The position numbers were made by a program, and so were the translations under genes. This document shows, in pieces, positions 11,478 to 20,101 of a DNA stretch of 32,000 nt. The notes beneath the pieces are model-generated. The model saw only the letters and a list, made by a program, of their open reading frames with translations. It did no database searches and was not told the DNA's origin. Source of the stretch: Thermodesulfobacteriota bacterium (lineage in GTDB: Bacteria > Desulfobacterota > WTBG01 > JAGOGO01); assembly GCA_026625185.1 (NCBI GenBank), contig CP113000.1:3132651-3164650 (forward strand), in the 5' to 3' direction. How positions within the stretch are numbered: position 1 is the first letter of the stretch; every line of letters starts with the position of its first letter.

Positions 11478-11700
11478 CTCCTTTCCAAGCACGGGAGGCA
11501 ACGCCGTTTCCAGCGATACCCTAACGGCCTTTTACCCTGAGTAAACCCGGTTAGAAGCTTTCACACTGGACATTTATCCCGTGGGCAGCAGTGTAAAAAT
11601 TATTTTATTTTTCCCTGCGCTTTTTCACACTGTTAGCTAGTTGATATCCAACAAGACATTTCTAACGGGGAAAAAACTTTTAGGCACAAAGGCTCGGAGG
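11478..11700 (-). promoter_or_regulatory. molybdenum-cofactor (Moco) riboswitch candidate, interrupted by repeat copy B
   Basis: The minus strand reads ACCUCCGAGCC...[insert]...GGCCGUUAGGGUAUCGCUGGAAACGGCGUUGCCUCCCGUGCUUGGAAAGGAG. The blocks CCUCCGAGCC, CUGGAAACGG, GCCUCCC and GGAAAGGAG match my recollection of the conserved core of the Moco RNA motif. The position immediately 5' of moaA-moaC is the canonical one. Not verified with a covariance model. Confidence 0.65.
11546..11670 (+). repeat. intergenic repeat family 1, full-length copy B, nested in the moaA leader
   Basis: The ends CCCGGTTAGAAGC (11546-11558) and TTTCTAACGGGG (11659-11670) are inverted complements. The internal blocks are collinear with copy A. 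Confidence 0.85.
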
Positions 11701-11948
11701 TATAATAATAATAATGTATCTTTTTCATAATCAAAGTCAAGAAAATAAAACTTTAGGAAAAATCCCGCCTTCCGGAAAAATTATTTACTTTCAGGTACAT
11801 TCAAATTAATGATGCTTTTTATACCAAGTTGCATTTAAAAATAGATCGAGTCAGGGACGAGGAATCGACGCAGGCGCACATTTAAGTACGTCGAGGAGTA
11901 TGACGAGGGGACAACAAAGATATACAAATGAAGGCGACTTGGTATTAA

Positions 11949-13262
11949 TCAGATCTTTTTAAGCAACGTAATTGATTCCAGATGAAAGGTTTGGGGAAAC
12001 ATGTCAAACGGTTGAGTCATTTCTACTCCATAAGAGCCATACTTTTTAAGAAATTGAATGTCGCGGACAAGGGTAGCCGGCTCGCAAGAAATATATATTA
12101 TGTTTTTTGAGTTTAACCGGATAATTTCTTTTAAAATTTCCTTTGCTCCTTTCCGAGGAGGGTCCATTATTATCAGATCAAAGGATTCTTTTCTCAATGA
12201 TTTTATTCCATCTTTTACTGAGCCGGTTATCCATTGAATGTTTTTCCGAACATTCCGTAAGGCATTGGCTTTCGCGTTTTCCACCGCATAAGGGTTACTT
12301 TCTATTGCTAAAACATTTTGCGCCACGAAACTCACCGGGATGGTGAAATTTCCCATGCCGGCGTAAAGTTCTAATACTTGTTGAGCTCCCAGGTGTTGGA
12401 TCCAGCTTAAAACAATGGACATTATTATCCGGTTAACCTCAGGGTTTACCTGACGAAACACCTCAGGCCAAGCCTCAAGAACAAGATATCTTTCCCCATC
12501 TTTAAACGGCAGGGAATATAAAACCCCGGAAGGCGCTTCCGCTTCTTTCCACAAAATAACCGGCCTTCTTTCTTTCCGAGCAACTAAGTAAAGCCCCTTA
12601 ACCAGAGGAATCTCTTGAACTATTTTCTCTAACGTCTTTTCCACATTATCGGGAAGTCTTGTCGCGCTAAAAAAAGTGATCAGGTTTTTTTCACCAGGAA
12701 AATCACAGGAAATAGCCACATCAGTCACCTGGTTAGCGTCGGCTCTTTTTAGCATTCCGCTTATCTCTGCCAAAATTGACCGGACCAGAGGATGAAGCAC
12801 AAGACATTGATTTACGGGTACTACTTTATTGTCTCTGGGGGTCATAAACCCGACTAAAGGTTTTTCGCGCCAGTCAACGTGTAACTGACTATGAGAGCGA
12901 TAACCAAATTCATTCGCGGAAAATAAAAGTTCTTTTACTTTTTGTTCGTTAATTTTCACGTGATGAGTAAGCATTTCCCGAAAAATTTCTTCTTTTAACG
13001 TCCTTTGAAAAAATATCGGAAGGTGTTGCAGCTGACACCCGCCACAAGCGCCAAAAAAAGGACACGGAGGTTCCCGGCGCAACAAAGATGGTTTGATTAA
13101 TTTAATGATTTCCGCCTCATCGTAATCCCGGTGAGCACGGGTAATGTTGACTTCCGCTTGATCTCCCGGGGCGGCAAAGGGAACCAAAACCACCTTTCCT
13201 CCTCTGCGGGCAATCCCCATACCTCGGTGTCCCATTTTTTGTATATCCACGACAAAATTCAT
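11949..13262 (-). CDS. 23S rRNA (uracil-5-)-methyltransferase RlmD/RumA-family RNA methyltransferase
   Basis: N-terminal TRAM-like domain, a Cys cluster (CPFFGACGGCQLQH), SAM-binding ELYAGMGNF, DPPRKG, and the catalytic ISCEPATLVRD motif. Confidence 0.88.
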   Translation of the reverse strand: MNFVVDIQKMGHRGMGIARRGGKVVLVPFAAPGDQAEVNITRAHRDYDEAEIIKLIKPSLLRREPPCPFFGACGGCQLQHLPIFFQRTLKEEIFREMLTHHVKINEQKVKELLFSANEFGYRSHSQLHVDWREKPLVGFMTPRDNKVVPVNQCLVLHPLVRSILAEISGMLKRADANQVTDVAISCDFPGEKNLITFFSATRLPDNVEKTLEKIVQEIPLVKGLYLVARKERRPVILWKEAEAPSGVLYSLPFKDGERYLVLEAWPEVFRQVNPEVNRIIMSIVLSWIQHLGAQQVLELYAGMGNFTIPVSFVAQNVLAIESNPYAVENAKANALRNVRKNIQWITGSVKDGIKSLRKESFDLIIMDPPRKGAKEILKEIIRLNSKNIIYISCEPATLVRDIQFLKKYGSYGVEMTQPFDMFPQTFHLESITLLKKI

Positions 13263-13354
13263 TTATTCCTTTTACGCAACTGTTGTTACCGCACGGTTGA
13301 TTTTTGGCTCAGTTAACGGCATAATGATATTTTAAGTTTATTCACGGAGGAAAG

Positions 13355-13750
13355 ATGAAAACAGAAAATTTTTTTCCAAAAGTAATTGTTTTCTTCATGG
13401 CGGTTTTCCTTTTCGCTGCTACCCTGAGTGCTAATGAACCCGTGGTTATGCTGAATGCCCAACCAGTCGGCGACCTAGCGACCGATTATGAAATTACCAT
13501 TACGGTTTACCATGAAGGGAAAGGGCGTTCTCACTATTTGGAAGGAGTAATCCTATTATTAAATGAAGTGCCGATTAAAGTTTGGCAATATTCGCAAAAG
13601 GATAGTCCTAAGGATTTCCCCTTAATTTTAAAGAAAAGAATAAAAATCTCTCCGTCTGGTCCTTCCATGATAGCGGCAAAAGCCACCTGCACCTCTGATG
13701 GCGAAAATGATCGGACTTCTCTCCAAATAGTTCCGGGAAAAAGTTATTAG
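13355..13750 (+). CDS. hypothetical secreted protein
   Basis: SD GGAGG before the ATG and a clear signal peptide (KVIVFFMAVFLFAATLSANEP). No domain I can name with confidence. Confidence 0.6.
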   Translation: MKTENFFPKVIVFFMAVFLFAATLSANEPVVMLNAQPVGDLATDYEITITVYHEGKGRSHYLEGVILLLNEVPIKVWQYSQKDSPKDFPLILKKRIKISPSGPSMIAAKATCTSDGENDRTSLQIVPGKSY

Positions 13751-13826
13751 ACGAGAGGATATCAAGGGCGACAAACCAGCAGACCGGGAACCATTTCCGT
13801 GAAATAAATAAAGCGGTGGTGATTTG

Positions 13827-14321
13827 TTAATCGTCTTTGAGCGCTTTAAAGTGAGGTAAGAGTTTGTTATACGTATCTTCCAGGTGTTCAGGCATCACGC
13901 GCACATCGCCGAAAACAGGCATAAAATTAGTATCTCCATTCCATCGGGGCACAATATGGATATGGAGGTGATCTTCTATGCCTGCACCCCCTGCCTTCCC
14001 CATATTTATCCCCACATTAAAACCTTCCGGTTTTAAGCAGGTACGAAGAATGCTCATCGACTTCTTGAGCATCATGAACATATCAAGCACCATATCTCCA
14101 TCTAAATCTTCTATGGCGTGAAGATGTTTAAAAGGAGCCACCATAAGGTGACCATTGTTGTAAGGATAACGATTCATGATCACAAATGATAAAGAGCTTC
14201 GTAAAAGAATCAATTTTGTTTTATCCTGGGTTTCGTCTTTACCAAGGCAGAATATACACTCTTTTGTTTTTTTGCTTAGAATGTATTCCATCCGCCAGGG
14301 AGCCCAAAGATTTTTCCTCAT
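13827..14321 (-). CDS. HIT-family nucleotide hydrolase/transferase
   Basis: Histidine-triad motif HLHIHIVPR, with the upstream NRYPYNNGHLMV segment. Confidence 0.88.
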   Translation of the reverse strand: MRKNLWAPWRMEYILSKKTKECIFCLGKDETQDKTKLILLRSSLSFVIMNRYPYNNGHLMVAPFKHLHAIEDLDGDMVLDMFMMLKKSMSILRTCLKPEGFNVGINMGKAGGAGIEDHLHIHIVPRWNGDTNFMPVFGDVRVMPEHLEDTYNKLLPHFKALKDD

Positions 14322-14333
14322 AGTTAAAACTCC

Positions 14334-14810
14334 TTAAACCTCAATTATTTTTCCCGTTATCCGATCGCTTGTTTCTAACATGCCGATTGTATTCATTTCC
14401 GAAAAGCGTTTTTCGGTAGCTGACCCAGGATTGAAAAAAAGAACTCCCTTGATAACCTGATTCACCGGATAATGAGTATGCCCGTAAACCAAGCAATCTA
14501 TCTCGGTAAACTCCTTGCTAATGCGATTTTCCAGACCTACAGGACTCCCCCAGCCATGGATAAGTCCTATTTTAAACGAGTTGACTTTAATAATCTTTTT
14601 CACTGGAAAGTGATTCCTTACCCGCGCAGAGTCCATATTGCCAGCCACCGCCTCAATTTTTTTTGTTAAAAAAGCATCCAACACCTCCATCTCCACAATA
14701 TCACCGGCATGTATGACCATGTCTACATCACCAAAATGCTTATCAATAATCCGTTTTAGCTCTAAACAACAGTTGTGAAGATGAGTATCAGAAATAACGC
14801 CAATCTTCAT
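14334..14810 (-). CDS. YfcE/MJ0936-family metallophosphoesterase
   Basis: MKIGVISDTHLH, HAGDIV, GNMD, GHTH and FNPGS motifs, 158 aa. Confidence 0.88.
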   Translation of the reverse strand: MKIGVISDTHLHNCCLELKRIIDKHFGDVDMVIHAGDIVEMEVLDAFLTKKIEAVAGNMDSARVRNHFPVKKIIKVNSFKIGLIHGWGSPVGLENRISKEFTEIDCLVYGHTHYPVNQVIKGVLFFNPGSATEKRFSEMNTIGMLETSDRITGKIIEV

Positions 14811-14969
14811 TTTGTTAAGCTCCTCACCTTAGATAAAAAGATATTAAAAACCTCTATACAAACTTTATGAAAAATTTTCAAGCTCTTTTAAACGAAGGCT
14901 ACCCAAAAAAATCACTTTAATCCGTCACTATCTTTTTAGGTTTTTCTATGGTTTGTTTATGTGGTTTTT

Positions 14970-15512
14970 TTAGAAAATAATGTTACTATTCGGTAGGTTA
15001 TTCAAAGAAAAACGAATCCCGGACTCTATACCCGTCCGAGAAGCGAAAACCCTATTAATCATAATGAGGATGGTGTTAAGTCGCTCCAAATGAAGAAAAT
15101 CGGTTTGAGGCAAAAGCTCCAAATAATAAAAAGTAAAATTTTTTGGACAGCAGTCCCGTATTTCTTTATCGCCTTCCGTAATAAAAAGCGGAAGTCCATG
15201 AGTGCGGCAAACAATGGGGCGGCGTTCATATAATACACATGCTCCGTGGTCAAGCAAAACACACGGAGTATAGTCCCCAACCCTTTGAGCAGCCCGGTTG
15301 CGAACGATCTTTTTCATTGAAGCGGGTAAAAGAGAAAACCCTTTCTGAAGAAAGGAGTATTCGATGGAAAGCAGGTTTAAATTCTGCTGACAACAATCAC
15401 TGCACCCGTAACCACAGCTAATATGTTCCCGATATTCTTGGATGAGCCGGGAACTAAATTCATCAACTTTGTTTAACAGCTTTTGGTAGTTGCAAAATAT
15501 TTCTTCGGCCAT
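14970..15512 (-). CDS. YkgJ-family cysteine-cluster (Zn/Fe-chelating) protein
   Basis: CGYGCSDCC and C-terminal Cys motifs typical of the UPF0153/YkgJ family. The track start at 15572 adds a hydrophobic, improbable extension. The ATG at 15512 (MAEEIFCNYQ...) is preferred. Confidence 0.7.
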   Translation of the reverse strand: MAEEIFCNYQKLLNKVDEFSSRLIQEYREHISCGYGCSDCCQQNLNLLSIEYSFLQKGFSLLPASMKKIVRNRAAQRVGDYTPCVLLDHGACVLYERRPIVCRTHGLPLFITEGDKEIRDCCPKNFTFYYLELLPQTDFLHLERLNTILIMINRVFASRTGIESGIRFSLNNLPNSNIIF

Positions 15513-15588
15513 GGCATACAAAAAAAGAATTGGAACAGGAAAAGAAGTAAAAAAAAATATTTTATCATGCAAATTGAATTTCCGGAAG

Positions 15589-15656
15589 TTAAACCCCGTT
15601 AGAAGGATTTCACACGGAACATTTACCCCGTGCTTCTTTGTCCTGTTAGGAGATGG
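15589..15656 (+). repeat. intergenic repeat family 1, short copy C
   Basis: AAACCCCGTTAGAAGGATTTCACACGGAACATTTACCCCGTGCTTCTTT matches the left end of copies A and B. It then jumps to their second ATTTATCCCGTGCTTCTT block, as if ~40 nt between internal direct repeats had been deleted. The right end is divergent. Confidence 0.7.
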
Positions 15657-15738
15657 AAAAATAACTTTCCTTTTAAATCTGGAAGAGCTACTCTAAGGTA
15701 AAAGAACACTTAAAGAAAAATTCCAAAAACCTTGTCCT

Positions 15739-17316
15739 ATGTATGACCTGATAATCAAAGAAGGCTTAATAGTTGATGGAACCAACTGCCCAGGAAGAAA
15801 GGGAGATGTTGGAATTTTAAAAGATCGAATTGTTTTTATAGGTGAATTACCTCATGATCAGGGGAAAAAAATTCTCTCTGCAGAAGGTAAAGTTGTTGCT
15901 CCTGGTTTTATTGACATCCATTCCCATTCTGATTTCACTCTCCTTGCAGATCCGCGAGCGGATAGTAAAGTTTACCAGGGAGTAACCACAGAACTCATTG
16001 GGCAGTGTGGTGTGTCTGCCGCTCCTCTGGAAGGCGCGGTTCGAGAACGAAGAAAAACTGAGTTGACTGATTTGGGGATTCCCCTCACCTGGACAAAACT
16101 CGATGAGTATTTTCTCCGTCTGGAAGAAGTCCAGCCGATTGTCAACATCGCCACCTTAGTTGGCCATGGCAACCTTCGGGGGTGCGTGGTCGGTTATGAA
16201 AACCGCCTCACGTCTCAAAGTGAATTAAAAAAAATGGTGGCTCTTCTGTGTCAAGGTCTTAACAGCGGAGCTTTTGGTATCTCAACCGGTCTCATCTACC
16301 CCCCCGGTGTTTATTCGTCAATTGAAGAGCTGCGTGTATTAACAAAAGTGGTCGCTGAATCTGGTGGTCTGTATGCCACGCACCTCCGAAGCGAAGGAGA
16401 GGGACTGGTGGAAGCAATCCAAGAGGCTCTTCATATTGCTGAGACAGGTGGAGTCTCCCTCCAAATCTCCCATCTCAAGACCCACGGGGGGAAAAATTGG
16501 GGGAAGCTGGCAAAAGTTTTTCATCTGATCGAAAATTTACGGGCAAAAGGTTTTAATATTCATGCTGACCGGTATCCATATACTGCCTCTTCCACAGATT
16601 TGGATGTGCTCCTGCCTTCGTGGGCATGGGAAGGCGGCAACCAGAAAGAATTAGCCCGTTTGTCTGACCCGGACACCAAAAAGAAAATGACCGAAGAGAT
16701 TTTATCGCAAAATCCCGAACCTGATTTTTGGGAAAAAGTGATAATCGCGTCAGTTAAAAAAGAAAAAAACCGCTGGGCGGAAGGGAAAACACTGGCGGAA
16801 ATCTCTTCAGACAAAAAATGTGCTCCCTGGGAGATGCTTTATGACCTTTTGCGGGAAGATGAACTCGGAGTGAGCGCCATCTTTTTCTTGATGAGCGAAG
16901 ATAATCTTAACCAAATTATTCTCAAAGAGTATGTGATGATCGGGACCGACAGTTCCACCCGCTCGGCCTCCGGAATCCTACGACGAGGGAAACCCCATCC
17001 CCGCGGTTTCGGCACCTACCCACGCATCCTCCGTCATTTCACCGGACAGGGGAAGCTTCTATCCCTTGAAACTGCTGTCCACAAAATGACCGGACTCCCG
17101 GCAAAAAAGCTGGGTTTGAACGACCGGGGAACAATTCACCCCGGCTGTTACGCGGATCTGGTTGTCTTGGATCCTAAAACCGTCTGTGACCGTTCTGACT
17201 ATGACAATCCCTTCCAGTATCCGGTTGGTATCGAACATGTTTTCATCAATGGCGAGGAGGTTATCTCTCAGGGAGCAGTTACCGGGAGGAGGCCGGGAAG
17301 AATTCTGCGGAAATAA
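15739..17316 (+). CDS. N-acyl-D-amino-acid deacylase (D-aminoacylase) family amidohydrolase
   Basis: 525 aa with N-terminal DLIIKEGLIVDG..., a metal-binding DIHSHSD motif and the overall D-aminoacylase architecture. Confidence 0.88.
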   Translation: MYDLIIKEGLIVDGTNCPGRKGDVGILKDRIVFIGELPHDQGKKILSAEGKVVAPGFIDIHSHSDFTLLADPRADSKVYQGVTTELIGQCGVSAAPLEGAVRERRKTELTDLGIPLTWTKLDEYFLRLEEVQPIVNIATLVGHGNLRGCVVGYENRLTSQSELKKMVALLCQGLNSGAFGISTGLIYPPGVYSSIEELRVLTKVVAESGGLYATHLRSEGEGLVEAIQEALHIAETGGVSLQISHLKTHGGKNWGKLAKVFHLIENLRAKGFNIHADRYPYTASSTDLDVLLPSWAWEGGNQKELARLSDPDTKKKMTEEILSQNPEPDFWEKVIIASVKKEKNRWAEGKTLAEISSDKKCAPWEMLYDLLREDELGVSAIFFLMSEDNLNQIILKEYVMIGTDSSTRSASGILRRGKPHPRGFGTYPRILRHFTGQGKLLSLETAVHKMTGLPAKKLGLNDRGTIHPGCYADLVVLDPKTVCDRSDYDNPFQYPVGIEHVFINGEEVISQGAVTGRRPGRILRK

Positions 17317-17506
17317 ATTCTTGCGCAAAAAAGGGCCAGAACCTTGAACTTCTGACCCTATGGAAGCGCCCGCAAATTTTTAAAATATTTCTTTATTTAG
17401 GCGGCCAAGGATAGATTTCTTTTACCTCCAACTTGACCACTTAGTTCGCCTTACGATCAACTTACCCCAATTAGCAAAAACTTTGTTAAGTTGATTGTGA
17501 AAAGTT

Positions 17507-17612
17507 AGCTCCGGGAATAGTTCACTTTAAGCCTGTTTTGTACTGTTTTAGTCTGTCTACTATATAAAAACCATACAGTGGAGGGGGCCTGATTTTGAGC
17601 CCCTTTTATTGG
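17507..17612 (+). repeat. repeat family 2, copy D1 (ends in a plus-strand hairpin plus T-tract)
   Basis: Aligns over ~106 nt with 20353-20459, about 70 percent identical by hand alignment. The 3' end is GGGGC-N10-GCCCC followed by TTTTATT (17584-17610). Confidence 0.8.
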
Positions 17613-17627
17613 AATAAAAGTAAAAGG

Positions 17628-19175
17628 TTAAAATGGTAAATTTACTTTCTCACTTTTTTTGAGAACTATCACGGCGGCTGTTCCTTCTACAGGGCATTTA
17701 TTTTCACAGATGCCACAACCAATACAAAATCTATCTATTAGGTATGGTTGTTTTATAGTTACGGTTTTTCCTTCAGGATTAAAAACTTGTGCTTCTCGCA
17801 ATTTAATGGCTTTATCCGGTGTGGGACAATGTTCTTCACAGACAATGCAAGGAATCCCCTTGGCATAAGGGAGACAGCGATTCTTGTCAAAATAGGTCGT
17901 GCCTATAACCGTCTTTTGTTTTTCTTTCAAAACCAACCTGTTAATAGCGCCCGTCGGGCAAACTTGGCCACAAAGGGTACAGTTAAACTCACAAAAACCA
18001 ATCCTTGGAATAAGTCTTGGAGCAAAAATCCCTTCTGCACCGGCTTCGAAAAGGCTAGGATGAAGCGCATTCGTTGGGCAGACTTTCATGCACCCTCCAC
18101 AACGGATACAACGATTTAAAAATTTTCTCTCATTGATGGCGCCTGGTGGGCGAATGAGGGAGGGATTAGCCATTTTGGTATCCGCTCTAACCTTAAAAAA
18201 GGCTGGAAGGATGATGCCTGCAAATAATGTCCCAACAAAAGCTCTTCGGGAAACTCCCAAAGAGGGAAGTTTTTCCGAAGGCCTTTTAAATTTAAAAGAG
18301 ACACTTTTATTCAGGCATAGATCCCGGCAATCCAAACAGAGATTGCAGTCTTCGGGGATGATCCTCATTTGCGAATCAATTGCCTCCATACGGCATACCT
18401 TGTTGCAACTCTGACAGTCGTTACAGGTTTCTTGGATGTACCCCCGTAGAAAAGAAAATCTTGATAAAAGGGCTAATAATCCCCCCAAAGGGCAGAGGTT
18501 TCGGCACCAAAAACGTCTTTCAACCTTTTCCAAGGCAAAAATCAGCAAAAAAATTATAAGAGACATCGAGGTCAGGGTATAAACCTTTTGATTATAAGGA
18601 AGGATAAATTGTTTAAGCTGAGCATAAATAAGTTCACTTGCTTTTGTTATCCAACCAGGAGCAACTTTATACAGGAAATCAAACGGGGTGCTTACTATCC
18701 AATATAAAAACGGATCCAAAACTATGGTCATGCTTCTTACTAAGATAGAAAAGGGATCAAAATAACCGACCAGCGGAAGGCCAAAAAAGGCAAACGTCAG
18801 GATAAGGGTAAGAAGAAGATATTTCCAAGATTTAAATCGCCCCCTCGACCCTTTCTTTTGCTGAGGGATTAGGCCATGGCATAAATCCAGTAAGCTCCCC
18901 AAGGGACAAACCCAACCACAGAAAAACCGACCAAAAAGGAGAGTTAAAAAAACAACTATCACCGAATACAAAACGAGGGTAATGATTACCTCAGCGCCCA
19001 GCATCACACTGGCAGCCACTAATGGATCAAGGCGAAAGAATATATTGACCGCATAAGGGAGTTGGTCAGTGCCGGCATAATCGGTTTTGCGGAAAAGGAT
19101 GAGAAAGAGGATGACAAAGAAGAGTTGCGAAAGTCTTCGTAGGGAAGAAAGAGAAAAATTTCTTCTTGAACGCAT
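17628..19175 (-). CDS. membrane-bound polyferredoxin (NapH/MauN-like N-terminus plus multiple 4Fe-4S domains)
   Basis: Several TM helices carry two CxxxCP(L)G motifs (FFCGWVCPLG, FWCRNLCPLG). The C-terminal half has about six CxxCxxCxxxC(P) clusters (CIRCGGCMKVCP, CTLCGQVCP, CIVCEEHCP, CIGCGICENKCP and others). Confidence 0.85.
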   Translation of the reverse strand: MRSRRNFSLSSLRRLSQLFFVILFLILFRKTDYAGTDQLPYAVNIFFRLDPLVAASVMLGAEVIITLVLYSVIVVFLTLLFGRFFCGWVCPLGSLLDLCHGLIPQQKKGSRGRFKSWKYLLLTLILTFAFFGLPLVGYFDPFSILVRSMTIVLDPFLYWIVSTPFDFLYKVAPGWITKASELIYAQLKQFILPYNQKVYTLTSMSLIIFLLIFALEKVERRFWCRNLCPLGGLLALLSRFSFLRGYIQETCNDCQSCNKVCRMEAIDSQMRIIPEDCNLCLDCRDLCLNKSVSFKFKRPSEKLPSLGVSRRAFVGTLFAGIILPAFFKVRADTKMANPSLIRPPGAINERKFLNRCIRCGGCMKVCPTNALHPSLFEAGAEGIFAPRLIPRIGFCEFNCTLCGQVCPTGAINRLVLKEKQKTVIGTTYFDKNRCLPYAKGIPCIVCEEHCPTPDKAIKLREAQVFNPEGKTVTIKQPYLIDRFCIGCGICENKCPVEGTAAVIVLKKSEKVNLPF

Positions 19176-19186
19176 AGGATTTCTTA

Positions 19187-20101
19187 TCAGACACGTATTA
19201 TTTTTATTTTTTTCAAATCCATCTCCCCTAGGCCCAATTGATAGGCTGCGATAGTGGAATCGATTGCCTCAGGCGCCATCTGGAAAAGAGTTGTGGTATA
19301 AGCATCAGCCGCTACCGTATCCCGTGAAGCAATGAGGGTATTTATAACCTTGACATCGTTTAGACTGCCCCCTGAGGGGCCATTTCGGAAAATGATTCGG
19401 GTGGCATCAATGAGGGTTAGGCGTGGTTTTATTACTGTATTGAGGTCAGCAATACGTTGTGCTAAAGAAAGGTGTATGAAACCTCTTCTTCCCCCGATGA
19501 CCCCCATAATATTTTTAAGCCCCAAGGACAATCCGATACTTCCGTGTTGTTTGGCCACCGGAACATTAATGTAACAATCGGCTTCGAGGGCATCTTTGTA
19601 AAATTCCCACTCAGTAATTGATTTTCCCTTGTCAATCCGGACCGGAATAAATTTTCGTTGATCAATATAAGGGCAACTAACTCGGCGATCCCCTAGGGAT
19701 TCTACCGCCGCCTTAATTCCACTAGTTGCGTAGCAGCGACGCTCTTCATTTACCGGCCGGTCAAAAACCATTACCTGGGAGGCACCAGCCTCAAGGCAAA
19801 TGGCGACCAAGCTTTTTACTATTTCTGGATGGGTATTAGCCCCCTGTTCTGGAGTGCGGTCCCAGGCTATATTGGGTTTGATGACCACCCGTTCGTCTTT
19901 TTTAACTAAAGCCGTGATCCCTCCTAAGGGGTCAAGGACTTTCGAGACCAGCGTAGAGTAATCTTTTCCCTCGGCACAGGAGAGGAGGGTTGTGCGGACT
20001 TCGGCTTTGGCTGAGGGAACAACTTGTTGCAGTATTGGCAACGAGAAACTAATACTGCCAGTCCACCGACCTAATTTTTTTAAGAATTCACGTCTGTCCA
20101 C
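19187..20101 (-). CDS. DUF362-domain protein with twin-arginine (Tat) signal peptide
   Basis: The N-terminus MDRREFLKKLGRWTGSISFSLPILQQVVPSAKA is a Tat-type signal. The remainder resembles the DUF362 family. GTG start. The stop lies 11 nt before the polyferredoxin ATG, so the two genes look like an operon. Confidence 0.8.
   Translation of the reverse strand: MDRREFLKKLGRWTGSISFSLPILQQVVPSAKAEVRTTLLSCAEGKDYSTLVSKVLDPLGGITALVKKDERVVIKPNIAWDRTPEQGANTHPEIVKSLVAICLEAGASQVMVFDRPVNEERRCYATSGIKAAVESLGDRRVSCPYIDQRKFIPVRIDKGKSITEWEFYKDALEADCYINVPVAKQHGSIGLSLGLKNIMGVIGGRRGFIHLSLAQRIADLNTVIKPRLTLIDATRIIFRNGPSGGSLNDVKVINTLIASRDTVAADAYTTTLFQMAPEAIDSTIAAYQLGLGEMDLKKIKIIRV

Noticed and set aside
11751-11782. 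CTTTAGGAAAAATCCCGCCTTCCGGAAAAATT upstream of the moaA leader resembles 21253-21284 (CTTAAGGAAAAATCCCAACCTCTGGGAATTTT). The two are identical at 24 of 32 positions, including an exact 12-mer.
   Set aside because: Exact 12-mers recur by chance many times in 32 kb of AT-rich DNA, and the extension is weak. I cannot distinguish this from coincidence without a genome-wide motif test.
15490-15696. A 68-aa plus-strand ORF spanning repeat copy C.
   Set aside because: It overlaps the 5' end of the YkgJ-type gene and reads straight through the repeat element. No SD. Spurious.
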